A stretch of 64,000 nucleotides of DNA, taken from contig CM059432.1 of the NCBI GenBank assembly GCA_030390025.1, forward strand, positions 101,000,001 to 101,064,000, in the 5' to 3' direction. Shown here in pieces: positions 39,744 to 52,294 of this stretch (positions are counted from its first letter, which is position 1; each line of letters starts with the position of its first letter). Below the pieces are notes generated by a model that worked only from the letters and a program-made list of their open reading frames with translations, made no database searches and was not told the DNA's origin. The DNA is from Squalus acanthias (Eukaryota). A program made the translations under genes and the position numbers.

Positions 39744-39824
39744 TAAAACTGTTGGACTACAACCTGGTGTTGTGCGACTTCTCATTTTTGTCCACCCCAG
39801 TCCAACACCGGCATCTCCGCATCT
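39744..39824 (+). mobile_element. Penelope-like terminal fragment
   Basis: aaactgttggactacaacctggtgttgtgcgactt...ccagtccaacaccggcatctcc is the reverse complement of 62254-62320 plus 63214-63225. Confidence 0.75.
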
Positions 39825-39987
39825 TGTAAATGTGATACATGTAGAAATACTGTCAGTAAAAAATCTTGTATTGCATAAAATGAACCCCCAAAGTAATGCA
39901 ATGTTTCAGATTCATTAACATTTCCAAAAATGTTGATATCTTTAGCTCAGCAGTTTCATTTCTACAATTGTTGGTTAAAGAAAGGCA

Positions 39988-40410
39988 GAGCTTGCATTTT
40001 GTCGTACTTTATCGCATCCTCAAAATATTTCATCGCATTCAGCATTTAATGAATTACTTTTTGAAGTGTAGCCACTGCTGTTATGTAGGCCGACATGGAA
40101 GTCAATTTGCAACGCACTAAGTTCAACAAACAGCGAGGAGATGAATGACCAGTTAACTGTTTTTGATGGTATTGACTGAGGGAGGAATGTTGGCCAGGGC
40201 ACCGGGAGAACTCCCTGCCCTTCTTCAAATAGTGACACCCGACCTTTCACATCCACCTGAACAGGCAGGGAAAGCTTCATTTTCACATCTCATCTGAAAG
40301 ACAACAATGCAGCACCCCTTCAAATACTGTGTCAGCCTAAATTCTGTGCTCAAGTGGGTCTTGTACCCATAGCTTTTTGACTTGGAAACAGGAATGAACT
40401 AAACTGACAT
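39988..40410 (-). mobile_element. DeuSINE, diverged
   Basis: Homologous to 23109-23542. Confidence 0.75.
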
Positions 40411-40683
40411 GACAGTTCATGGTGGTTAGTGGTAAGATGTAATGGGGAATGTTCTGACATGTCGGTGGTGCATATCAGGAACATATTGTGCATGGTTTTC
40501 CAATCATTTAAATGTATGGCAGCACACACCAGAATTTCGATATGTGCTCATGGTAGATGAGGCTCCCCTCCTGCAGAATGACGTTGGAAAATTAGCTCTC
40601 GAGTGTACAGCGATGGGGATTGTCTCCAGCTGTACATCTGCTCATTGAAAGGTACAGAAAGTGGACTCTTCTCATCAAAAGTT

Positions 40684-40721
40684 AAGCAAATCGAAGAGAA
40701 GCAAATCGAAGAGAAGCAAAT
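40684..40721. repeat. 15-bp tandem duplication (aagcaaatcgaagag) x2.5
   Basis: Direct reading. Confidence 0.85.
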
Positions 40722-41061
40722 GTGTTAAGAAAATGGTAAATGCCCTATATTTTTTAATTGATTTTGTAGATCTCAAGAACAGTGCTTCAAGCATCAATGA
40801 GATTTCAACAAGTTTTCAATTGTGTTTAATTTTCCACACTTTATGTTCCATTCATATGCGTTCTCAATTTATGTTGGTTATTGTGCCAATTTAGATTTGT
40901 CCATTTCCCCTCTGAATAACTTGTTTCCATTTATTCTTTGTTGACAGACTAAATCATAAAAAATATACTATAGTTGCTCTGCTATTAGGGCAGGATCTGA
41001 GCTAAGAAGATTGCAGCTGGTTAATCAAATTCCTTGGAGGTCACCAGATATCAGGGACTTT

Positions 41062-41413
41062 GGGGCCAATTTTAACTGTAGCTGTCTGGCGTAAACAGGA
41101 GGCAATGACCTGAAAATTCTTCTCCTGGCACCACAAAACGATTCTGGCCGGCTGCCGGTCTGTATGTGCCTCCCCTCCGTGCACCCCCCCGCCTCTCCCC
41201 AATGGATTACCTCTTCCTCAGCAGCCAGAACTGTCGGCCAGTTCCGTATGGGAGCAGGCTCATTTCCCATCCTCCTCAACTGGCGAGCTCCATCCGAGCG
41301 CCAGTTTGGCGCACACAGCTCGCCAGATCAGTGCAAATGAAACCCAGGATTTAAAATGGCAGCAATGACAGTTGATCGACCGCCATTTTGTACCAAATGT
41401 TAAAATCGGCCCC
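41062..41413. mobile_element. Harbinger-type MITE
   Basis: TIR ggggccaattttaac / gttaaaatcggcccc; TSD not clear. Confidence 0.65.
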
Positions 41414-41484
41414 AGTTTTCCTGTGCCACGTTGAGCTCACTTTATGAGCTCGGCCTGAAAGCAAGGTAATACATTCCTGTCCAA

Positions 41485-42183
41485 AGCTACTAAAGGTGAG
41501 CGGGAGCCCAGGAGAGCGCGAGAGTTCGGAGCTACTAAAGGTGAGCGGGAGCCCAGGGGAGCGCAAGAGTTCGGCGCTACTAAAGGTGAGCGGGAGCCCA
41601 GGGGAGCGAGAGAGTTCGGCGCTCTAAAGGTGAGCGGGAGTCCAGGAGAGCGCGAGAATTCAGAGCTACTAAAGGTGAGCGGGAGCCCAGGAGAGCGAGA
41701 GTTCGGAGCTACTAAAGGTGAGCGGGAGCCCAGGGGAGCGAGAGAGAGTTCGGAGCTACTAAAGGTGAGCGGGAGTCCAGGAGAGAGCGAGAGTTCGGAG
41801 CTACTAAAGGTGAGCGGGAGTCCAGGAGAGCGAGAGTTTGGAGCTACTAAAGGTGAGCGGGAGTCCAGGAGAGAGCGAGAGTTTGGAGCTACTAAAGGTG
41901 AGTGGGAGTCCAGGAGAGCGAGAGTTCGGAGCTACTAAAGGTGAGCGGGAGTCCAGGAGAGAGCGAGAGTTTGGAGCTACTAAAGGTGAGTGGGAGTCCA
42001 GGAGAGAGCGAGAGTTCGGAGCTACTAAAGGTGAGTGGGAGTCCAGGAGAGAGCGAGAGTTTGGAGCTACTAAAGGTGAGCGGGAGTCCAGGAGAGAGCG
42101 AGAGTTTGGAGCTACTAAAGGTGAGCGGGAGTCCAGGAGAGCGAGAGTTCGGAGCTACTAAAGGTGAGTGGGAGTCCAGGAGA
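41485..42183 (+). repeat. Tandem array of 16 monomers of 43-47 bp at the CR1 5' end
   Basis: Unit ~gagctactaaaggtgagcgggagtccaggagagagcgagagttcg; taaaggtgag recurs 16 times from 41491 to 42159. Confidence 0.95.
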
Positions 42184-42389
42184 ACGGGCACAACAGACCG
42201 GTGAGTGTAAAGAAGTAAAAAGTAATCGAAGTGTGACGTCATCAGAAAGCAGGTAAGTGATTGGTTGGTGAGTATTTCTAAATTTCTCGCTTTTTTTCCA
42301 AACTTGGGAGTCTAAATTTAAGAGCCTTGGTGTAGATTAAAAGATAGACGTGTTCCAAATTTTAAAACTAATTTAATTAATTAATTGAG

Positions 42390-43346
42390 ATGGGAGACCA
42401 GGCAATGTGTTGTTGTTGTTACATGTGGGAGCTGGTGGACACCATTCAGGTCCAAGGCGACCACATCTGCAGCAAATGGTGGCTGCTCGAGGAACTTCGG
42501 CTCAGAGTTGATGAGCTGGAGTCCGAGCTACGGACACTGCGACACATTAGGGAGGGGGAGCGTTACCTGGACGCTAAGTTCCAGGAGGCAGTCACACCCA
42601 CTAGAGTAATTACTTCCAATTTGGCCCATGGTCAGGGACAGGAGGGTGTGACTACAAGCGAGGCAGGTATTGGGATGCAGGAGGTAGTGATGGAGGAGCC
42701 TCAGCCCTTGGCCTTGTCAAACAGGTAGGAGATTCTTGCTCCCTGTGTGGACGAGGCCAGGGACTGCAGGGAGGATGAGCAATCTGACCACAGCACCGTG
42801 GTACAGGGTGCCATTCAAGTGGGGGGGAGTAAAAAGAAATGTTGTAATGATAGGGGACAGTATAGTTAGGGGGATAGATACTGTTCTCTGCAGCCGAGAG
42901 CGTGAGTCCCGAAGGCTGTGTTGCCTACCCGGTGCCAGGGTTAAGGACATCTCCTCTGGGCTGAAGAGGAACTTGGAGCGGGAGGGGGAGGATTCAGTTG
43001 TCATGGTCCACGTAGGCACCAATGACATAGGTAGAACAAAGAAAGAGGTTCTGCTGAGAGAGTATGAGCAGCTAGGGGCTAAATTAAAAAGCAGAACCAC
43101 AAAGGTAATAATCTCTGGAATACTACCTGAGCCACGAGCGAATTTGCATAGGGTAAATAACATCAGAGAAATGAACGAGTGGCTCAAAGACTGGTGTGGG
43201 AGAAATGGGTTTTGATTTGTGGGACACTGGCACCAGTACTGGGATAAAAGGGAGCTGTTCTGTTTGGACGGGCTTCACTTGAACCATGCTGGGGCTAGAG
43301 TCCTGGCAAATCGAATAACTAGGGCTGTAGAGAGGGCTTTAAACTA
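42390..43346 (+). pseudogene. CR1 ORF1: Cys zinc-finger/leucine zipper plus SGNH esterase domain, disrupted
   Basis: CCCCYMW...HICSK, LEELRLRVDELESELRTL, IGDSIVRG, VHVGTNDIG, DGLHLN; stops at 42726-42728 and 43213-43215. Confidence 0.88.
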
Positions 43347-43534
43347 AATAGTGGGGGGGGAGGATCCAGGTGAGCAGGAATTTAAAAAGTCAATGAGAAA
43401 TGAGAAAACAATAGAGCAGGACAGAGATGGGGGAAATAATAACCAGAGTGTGACAGGAAGGGACAGAATGTTTAAAAATAGAGTGCAACAGAAAATGGGG
43501 CCAAAACAAGGAGAAATGGTAAAAAGACAAAGTT

Positions 43535-46338
43535 AAAAGCTCTATATCTGAATGCACGCAGCATTCGTAACAAGATAGATGAGTTGACGGCACAAATAGA
43601 TACAAATGGGTATGATCTGATCGCCATTACAGAGACGTGGTTGCAAGGTGATCAGGGCTGGGAACTGAATATTCCAGGGTATCTGACAATTCGGAAGGAC
43701 AGACAGAAAGGAAAGGGAGGTGGGGTGGCTTTGTTGGTAAAGGATGGGATCAGTGCAGTGGTGAGAAGTGATATTGGATCAGAAGATCAAGATGTAGAAT
43801 CGGTTTGGGTGGAGATAAAAAATAATAAAGGGAAAAAGTCTCTGGTGGGCGTCGTCTACAGGCCCCCGAACAGTAGCAATACTGTTGGACAGAGTATAAA
43901 TCAACAAATAATGGAGGCCTGTAAAAATGGTACGGTAATAATCATGGGTGATTTTAATCTCCATATTGATTGGACAAATCAAATTGGCCATGGTAGTCTT
44001 GAGGAGGAGTTCATAGAGTGCATCCGGGATGGTTTCCTAGAACAGTATGTAATGGAACCAACCAGGGAGCAGGCTATCTTGGATCTGGTACTGTGTAATG
44101 AGACAGAATTAATAAATGATCTCATAGTAAAGGATCCTCTAGGAAAGAGTGATCATGGTTGAATTTCAAATTCAGTTGGAGGGTGAGAAAGTTGTATCTC
44201 AAACCAGTGTCCTGATCTTAAACAAAGGTAATTACAATGGCATGAGGGCAGAACTGGCTAAAGTGGACTGGAAACATAAACTAAAGGGTAAGACAGTTGA
44301 AATGCAGTGGCGGACATTTAAGGAGATATTTCATAACTCTCAACAAAAATATATTCCAGTGAGAAAGAAAGATTTTAGGAGAAGGGAGCACCATCCGTGG
44401 CTAACTAAGGAAGTAAAGGATGGTATCAAATTGAAAACGAAGGCGTACAATGTTGCCAAGATTGGCGGGAGACCAGAGGATTGGGAATTTTTAATAAACC
44501 TGCAAAGGATGACTAAAAAAATAATAAAGAGAGAGAAGATGAATTATGAGAGTAAACTAGCAAGAAACATTAAAACAGATAGTAAGAGCTTCTACAGGTA
44601 TATAAAAAGGAAAAGGGTAGCTAAAGTAAACATTGGTCCCTTAGAGGATGAGACTGGGAAATTAATAATGGAGAACGGGGAAATGGCAGAGACTCTGAAC
44701 AAATATTTTGTATCTGTCTTCACGGAAGAAGACACTAACAACATCCCAAAAATGGATAATCAAGGGGCCACAGGGAGGGGGGAACTAAAGACAATCACTA
44801 TCACTAGGGAAATAGTACTTGATAAAATAATGGGACTAAAAGATGACAAGTCCACTGGACCAGATGGCCTGCATCCCAGGGTCTTAAAAGAAGTGGCTGC
44901 AGAGATAGTGGATGCATTGGTTGCAATATACCAAAACTCCCTGGACTCTGGAGAAGTCCCAGCAGATTGGAAAACCGCAAATGTAACACCCCTATTTAAG
45001 AAAGGAGGGAGACAGAAAGCAGGAAACTATAGACCAGTTAGCCTAACATCTGTCATTGGGAAAATGCTGGAGTCCTTCATTAAGGAAACAGTAGCAGGGC
45101 ATTTGGAAAATCATAATGGAGTCAGGCAGAGTGTCAGCATGGTTTTATGAAAGGGAAATCATGTTTAACAAATTTGCTGGAGTTCTTTGAGGATGTAACG
45201 AGCAAGGTGGACAAAGGTGAACCAGTAGATGTGGTGTATTTGGATTTCCAGAAGGCATTCGATAAGGTGCCACATAAAAGGTTACTGCATAAGATAAGAG
45301 CTCACGGAATTTGGGGTAATATATTAGCATGGTTAGAGAATTGGCTAACTAACAGAAAGCAGAGAGTCGGGATAAATGGGTCATTTTCCGGTTGGCAAAC
45401 GGTAACTAGTGGGGTGCCACAGAGATCGGTGCTGGGGCCTCAACTATTTACAATCTACATTAATAACTTGGATGAAGGGACCAAGTGTAATGTAGCCAAG
45501 TTTGCGGATGATACAAAGATGGGTGGGAAAGCAAGTTGTGCAGAGGACTCAAAGAATCTGAAAAGGGATACAGACAGGCTAAGTGAGTGGGCAAACATTT
45601 GGCAGATGGAGTATAATGTGGGAAAGTGCGAGGTTATACACTTCGGCAGGAAAAATAAAAAAGCAAATTATTATTTAAATGGAGAGAGATTACAAAATGC
45701 TACAGTTCAGAGGGACCTGGGGGTCCCTGTGCATGAAACACAAAAAGTTAGCATGCAGGTACGCAAGTAGTCAAAAAGGCAAATGGAATGTTGGCCTTTA
45801 TTTTAAGGGGCTGGAGTATAAAAGCAGGGAAGTCCTGCTACAACTGTACAGGGTATTGGTGAGACCACACCTTGAGTACTGCGTACAGTTTTGGTCTCCT
45901 TATTTAAGGAAGGATATACTTGCATTGGAGGCAGTTCAGAGACGATTCACTAGGTTAATTCCAGAGATGAGGGGGTTGACTTATGAGGAAAGGTTGAGCA
46001 GGCTGGGCCTATACTCATTGGAATTTAGAAGAATGAGAGGTGATCTTATTGAAACATATAAGATACTGAGGGGGCTCGACAAGGTAGATGCAGAGAGGAT
46101 GTTTCCCCTCGTGGGGAAATCTAGAACTCGGGGGCACAGTGTTAGAATAAATGGTCGCCCTTTTAGAACTGAGATGAGGAGGAATTTCTTTTCTCAGAGG
46201 GTCGTACATCTGTGGAATTCTCTGCCCCAGAGAGCTGTGGAAGCTGGGTCATTAAATACATTTAAGGTGGAGATAGATAGATTTTTGCAAGGTAAGGGAG
46301 TAAAGGGTTATGGGGAGCGGGCAGGGAAGTGGCTTTGA
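43535..46338 (+). pseudogene. CR1 ORF2: AP endonuclease plus reverse transcriptase, frameshifted
   Basis: NARSI, IAITETW, YRPP, MGDFN, SDH, NYRPVSLTS, LDFQKAFDKV, PQRSVLGP, FADDTK; frameshifts near 44155, 45140, 45770. Confidence 0.95.
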
Positions 46339-47076
46339 GCCCAAGATCAGCCATGATCTTATTGAATGGTGGAGCAGGCTCGAGGGGCCAAGTGGCCTAA
46401 TCCTGCTCCTATTTCTTATGTTCTTATGTAATATCCAGCAACCAAAGCTACATTTTTTTAAAGTTTGTTAGTTGATTGTAAGAGCTCTGTTAGGTGAAGC
46501 TTTGAATTGTCACGAGTGGACACAATAAACAACTTTTGACTTCAATGTTAGACTCCCACGGGGGATTTACCTTTGGCAGACGTTCAGGAAAAACATCTCT
46601 TCAATAAAAGAGATTGTGGCCAAGTAAAAGAAAGGCAAATATTTTACAAGGAAGAGCAGGTTTACATCCTTATTCAAGGAATATTCCTAGCACTGGTGCT
46701 TCTATTTTTCTTTGAAAATTTGAAGCATGCAAAATATAACATCATCAGTGGTCTGTGTCAGCTTGTTGACAAATGTGATCTCTATCCAAAATATTGTTCA
46801 GTGCCCCCCTTGCATCTCTAATGATAATGTGAATGTGACAGTTCAGTCTTAAGTATCGTAAGACTTTCTGCTGTTAGCTTCTCTAACTATATATTTACAT
46901 AATTGAAGGAAGATGTCTATTAAAGGATATTACCTACTTCTTCTCCCTGCGCACAAAAATACTAACTATTGAGAAAAAAATCTGTGCCTGTTGAGAAGAA
47001 ATGTAATTATTTATTGTTCACAATTCCATTCACGCACCATAGTTTAAAGATATATTTTTTAACGTGAAAATTTCTA

Positions 47077-47119
47077 GGGTAATTTTCCAAGTGTGCACTG
47101 GTAACAGGGAAATTATCCC
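47077..47119. mobile_element. 43-bp mini-MITE (almost only TIRs)
   Basis: cta|gggtaattttcc...ggaaattatccc|cta. Confidence 0.5.
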
Positions 47120-47818
47120 CTAGTTAGTGGATACAATCTAGACCAAGATGCTTGTTTAGATAGTAGTTACCTATAGTCTTCCATCTTCAAGATCTATCGA
47201 ATTCTCTGTATTACCGAGATAAATATGAGTAAATTTAGACACAAGCCCTTACCCCAGGCCTTGTAGACCTTGCCTGATCTTTGTCCCCCTGCCTCTCTCT
47301 AGCTTCTTTCCCATCTCGTCCATGAGACCCACCCTCAGGCTCCTTTGACCCCTTTCCCACTAAACTGCTGACCACCTAAATTCCTTTCTTGATATAGGTT
47401 TCAGTTTTATAAGTAATGCTTCAGTGTGAGAGCTCAATTTTCTTAAGAATTTTGTTCAAACATCAAAAATTCAGATATCTCCACTGTGATTTGATGTCTG
47501 GTTATCAAATCCTAATATCAGCAGCCAGTATGGAATTTTTCTGAGAAATACTGACATATTCCTGCAATATTCTGACAGGGAAAATACTCAACTGTGCTGG
47601 ATGCTTCTGAATTATAGGCCAGAAACTTATAAATGTCACAAATGTGTTTTGCCATATACCTAAGCACTTTAGCGGAGGACAGCTCAAGTCTTTTGTCAGT
47701 GATTGTGCGATTTCTACAAATCATCGCTTGTGGTCTACTCAAAAGTATTGCGAAGGTGGATCAAAAACAGAACCAATGTCTAGCCAAATTAAGCACAGAT
47801 GTGCACTATAAATATCTA

Positions 47819-48377
47819 GGGGTAGAGTTTCCATTCGGTTGCGCTGGTATTAATCACCATGGTGAGTTTTCGCTAATTCTGACCACTTGCGGTCCTTCGA
47901 AGAGGCACTTAAAACTAAGCTTTTTTTGGGACAAGGGCACTAGTGGGCAGCATTTGAAAGCTTCTAAATATTAAAAAATACTTAATTTGCCATGAAACGG
48001 ACTACAGTACACCAATAAAACTAATAAATGGTTCTGTATAGTTTTTTAAAATTCATTTTCAGTTATTTAAAAATCGGTTTTCTCACAGGTGGTGGACTAG
48101 ACTGATTAAAAATGCTTATTTTTGTGATAAACCCATTTTCAGGTATTAATAAAACAGCACCAGGTTACCACTCTTAAATATATCAAGGAATATTTTTTAA
48201 TGCAAGAAAAAAGAAACAATTATGTTCTAAAACACTACCCGATTGCGCTGGTTCACGGAAGATTTTACATTTGTGATTATGCAAATGAATTTGAGCGGAA
48301 ACGTGAACCATAACTTCATTTCAGAAAACCAGCTCAATTTCGAGCGCAATTTGTACCCAAAGCGGAAACTCCACCCA
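47819..48377. mobile_element. Harbinger-type MITE with AT-rich interior
   Basis: TIR ggggtagagtttcc / ggaaactccaccc. Confidence 0.65.
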
Positions 48378-48579
48378 CAACTTATTTTATTCCTTTTTAG
48401 TTTTTGACAGTATTAATTTGGTATGCTTTGATTTGAGTGCAACTTAATATAATCTTCTGTAAGCCTAACCAACCAGCAATAATCTTGACTGTATAAAATA
48501 AAATGGTACAATTTAATGTCATCTGGTCCACACAAGTGTAAAAGTTTGTACGTGCATTGATTTTCCTTGGCAGATTTAA

Positions 48580-49382
48580 AACCGCAACTTTAATGTAAAA
48601 AATGTCCGAAGGCACTTCACCGAGGCATAATCAGGCAAAAATGGACATTAGCGTTTAAAGGAGAAATTAGGAAGGGTGACTAACAGTTTAGTCCATGGCC
48701 TAGAAATTTGTTTCGGGCAGTGGTGGGAAATGGGCGGTATCGGATCAGCTGCACTGGAACTGAATATCGGGCGCTGTGTATAACGGGCGGCCGATCCGAT
48801 AACGCCCATTTTCCACCACCACCTGAGACGTATTTCTAGGCCAAAGAGGTGGATTTTAACAAAAGTCTTAGAGGTAGAAAGGTGGACAGGTTTAGAAATG
48901 CAATTCCTTAACGTGGGGACTAAACAGCTTAAGCCACAGCCATGAATGGTGGGGCGTAGTGAGAGGGGATGCACAAAAGGCTAGAGTTAGAGAAACAGAG
49001 AGTTCATGGGTGGGGGGGTTGTAGGACTGAAGGAAGTTAAAGAGCTAGGGAGGGCTGAGGCCATGAAGGAATTTAAACTCAAGTCTGCGAATTTAAAATC
49101 AGAGGTGTTGGAGAACCAAGAACCAATGGAGATGAACAAGGACAGGGGTGATGGGTGAGCAGAACTTCTTGGTGCAAGTTAGGATGCGGGCAGCAGAGGT
49201 CTGCATGAGCTGAAGTTTACGGAGGGTGGGGGAGAGGAGACCAGCCAGGAAAGCATTGGAGATGAACAAGACATGAATGAAGGGTTAGGCAGCAGATAGG
49301 CTGAGGCTGAGCTGCAGGCAGGTAATGTTATATAGCTGGAAGTCTTTGTGATTGAGAGTATATGGGGTTGGAAGCTCAGCTT
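48580..49382 (-). mobile_element. L2 3' fragment containing a palindromic MITE
   Basis: Homologous to 22246-22925. Confidence 0.8.
48696..48842. mobile_element. ~147-bp palindromic MITE
   Basis: ggcctagaaat/atttctaggcc TIR; inner arms ggtgggaaatgggcggtatcggatc / gatccgataacgcccattttccacc. Confidence 0.8.
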
Positions 49383-50116
49383 TCATTTCCAAAAGACATT
49401 TGAAAATATATTTATATATCATAATTGTTCAGTGTTTTAGTGCCTAAAAATTAATTTTAGATTATTGATATCGATTTTATTTATTTGAAAGGATATGGCC
49501 TTGAGCCAGGTAATAGTGGAGAAAGGGTGGCGAAAAATACTGATTTCACAAAAGATAATGGTAGTGCTGAGTAAGGAAGTAGCTGCATCCTCACATTATG
49601 GCTAGATTGAAGTGCTATTGAGACGTGAAGATTAGTCTTGGAAGGGAGTGAGAGAAAGTGCTGGTAATTTGCGGAAGGCAGCAGTAATCTCAGAAGAGCC
49701 TGCAGTTTTGATAAGCAGGAAGCAGAAATATGAGAAAATGCATCCAAGAAAAATACAGTCTGGTCTGTTTAGGATTAGCTATTTTTCTATATTGTTCTTT
49801 AGGGAATAATGGATAGCGAGAAGTAATTACAAATGGCGCGATTTTCCCAATGGAGGCGGGTTGGAGGGGGGTTTCGGTTTGGGTGGGTTCAAAACCCGCC
49901 TCCACTGAGAGGTGGGAAAAATTTGTGATTTTCCCCTAATTGGCCAGTTGATTTCAGAGGTGTGGGTTCCCTGGGCCAATTAGTCTTTTGGGACTGAAAC
50001 TCACCTCTGCTGACATCACTTATCCAGCTTCATTTAAGGGCTGCTTGCTGCCTTGGTTCATTCCACTGGTTTTTGGGCGATGCTGCACCACCTCCAAGCT
50101 GTTATCTCCTTCAAGA

Positions 50117-51812
50117 ATGGCCAGCTCCAAGGCAAGGGCCTCCCCGAGGTTCGCCGATGAGGCGCTGGGTATCCTGGTTGAGGGGGCGAGAGCTAGCAGG
50201 GAGGTGCTCTTCCCCTTATCTGGGAGGAAGAGGCCCCCCAAAGAAACCAAGGCTGTGTGGATCCAGCTGGCAAGGGATATAACCTCCAGATCTGTGTGCA
50301 GCAGAACATGGCTGCAGTGCCGTAAAAGGTTCAATGCCCTTGTAAGATCAGGCAAAGTGAGTATACCTTCAGCTTGACCCTCCTTCTGCTCCCCTTCTCC
50401 TCTCATCACCAGCACTCTGCATTGTCAACCTCCTCCTCCACATCCCACTTTACCCTTACAACCCTTGCACCCTTCACCATCCCTCTCACTCTATGAACCC
50501 AATCACTTCACTATTCGACTATGCTGCCCTCACACTCCCTTTCAATGTTATGCAATGACAATAACTAACAACGCACAGGGAGGGCCCTTGGACATGGAAC
50601 CTCACTCCATCTTTGTCTCCTTCTAAGCATCTATGCTCTGGACTCTCTACACTCACTCCATCATTCTCAGTCCAACTCCACTTGTCTCCCTCACTGCAGG
50701 AAGAGAGAGCCCACAATAGAAGGGAAAGGGCGAAGACAGGAGGAGGGCCACCTTCCATTGCCCTTCTCACCCAGGCTGAAGAGGTGGCCCTGGACATCGC
50801 CAGCGCAGAGGTGGAGGTGGAAGTGGGGGACGGACAGATGGGCGATGCAGACCAAGCTGGTGACAGAATAGTTTTGCATCTCTCTCATTTGCTTGAGTGA
50901 CTGAAATGGCTGCTGGTGTACATTGTTAGAATGCCACTTGAGCATCTGCACTATTGCATGTGCATGCCACACTTCCGTCAAATGTCTAACCCATGCCTTT
51001 ACTCCCTCACAGGACCATCCACAGAGCACCCACCCCCGCTGTCGACGAGGAAGAGGCTGAGCAGCAAGACTCCTCAGGGGAACCTGCAATCTCTGAGGAC
51101 GCAGCATCAGCAGATGTAAGCGCACCCAGCACCAGCACAGATACGCACACCTCGGTGGGACCTTCGGGACATAGAGTAGTGTTGTCACCGTGTGCATCAC
51201 ATCTCACAGGTGAGCACCAGCAGGTGGTGGAGACAGGGACAGCAGTGGAGAATCCTCATCGGAGGTCTCTCCTAGCTCTGCTCTGCTGCATGTGGACCCT
51301 GTGCCTCTGGGTCCATCCAGAAGGTGCTGGAACTCCAGGAGCAGGTGCAGGAGTCTCTGATAGGTCTTGTCTCCAGGATCACTGCAAGTGTGGTGAGGAT
51401 GGAGGAGTCCAACTCTAACATGAGCAGTGCCATTGTGGAGGCAATGGCGCATATACGCAGCACCACGGAAAGAATGGCAACCTCCGTGGAAAGGCTGGCT
51501 ACGGCCATGGAGAAAATAAGTCGCCAGAGTCAGGAAAACATGGTGATTGTTCAGAATAGACTGACATCTCTGGAGGAACGATGGGTAGCTATTGAGCAGA
51601 GAAACCAGAGCTTCATGGAAGTCCTTTTGAATAGGACTGCCAGTGCAGATACGGGTCCCCATAGCCCCCCTGATGTGCAGCAAGATGCTCTCAAGCCACT
51701 TGCAAGCGCTAAGGTAGACCTGACCCATGAGAGGAAAGTTGGTGACAGAGAACACAGAAGTAGGGGCTCCTCTCTAAGCACTCACACTTCCATGCCACTG
51801 CGTAGCCCTTAG
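50117..51812 (+). pseudogene. Harbinger Myb/SANT-like DNA-binding protein gene; spliced (exons 50117-50356, 50700-50859, 51013 onward), frameshifted in exon 3
   Basis: PRFADEALGILVEG...W..LA..I...RTWLQCRKRFNAL; KTGGGPP; GT-AG introns; C-terminal coiled-coil ORF 51324-51812. Confidence 0.85.
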
Positions 51813-52294
51813 TCAGAGCCCCACCAGAGTCCGCGCCCAACTGAGATGGGTGTCTAAGCCCCTGCACTGCCGTAGGATGAGCAGACATTTGGCGAGCCTT
51901 CACAGGCTCGGAAACTCAGAGGACGCCCTCCAAAGGTGTCGAAGCAGGAGCAGCATGAAAGTGAGCAAAGGGCCTCCACTTCTGCTGAAGGCACAGGGGG
52001 AGCACCACGTAGGAGCATGCATAAGAGAAAAATAAAGCACCATTAGTCACAGGGGTAGGCACTTGGGTGATTGTTTCTGTTTATTGATGGAATGCCATCC
52101 CTGTTTGAATGTATAAAAATGAGGTGATGGCAAACTGTTGGCGTGATGGCATCTGTTATTTCGCCTTAGGCAGCTCCACATTCCGGGCTCCACGACACTT
52201 GTGTGGTCAGGTTGGTGGCCAGAGTGAAAGGAGGCCAGAGAGTCATGTCCATTGTTTATCATGTGTTAAGAGGGAGCCAAGCAAAATGGGCAAC

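Larger units (their letters stand above)
41485..46428 (+). mobile_element. Near-full-length CR1 LINE, defective
   Basis: 5' tandem array, ORF1, ORF2 (EN+RT), ttcttatgttcttatg tail. Confidence 0.95.

Noticed and set aside
41485..42183. CRISPR-like array or repetitive protein ORFs (41630-42242)
   Set aside because: Units are contiguous with no unique spacers, no cas genes, eukaryotic context; the ORFs are frame-shifting by-products of the repeat.
46571..46687. Possible minus-strand exon (AG...GTAAAT, one open frame EYSLNKDV...)
   Set aside because: No polypyrimidine tract and no resemblance to the expected upstream CSMD3 exon.
47505..47974. Short overlapping ORFs in apparently unique sequence
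   Set aside because: No recognisable domain or convincing splice-site pair.
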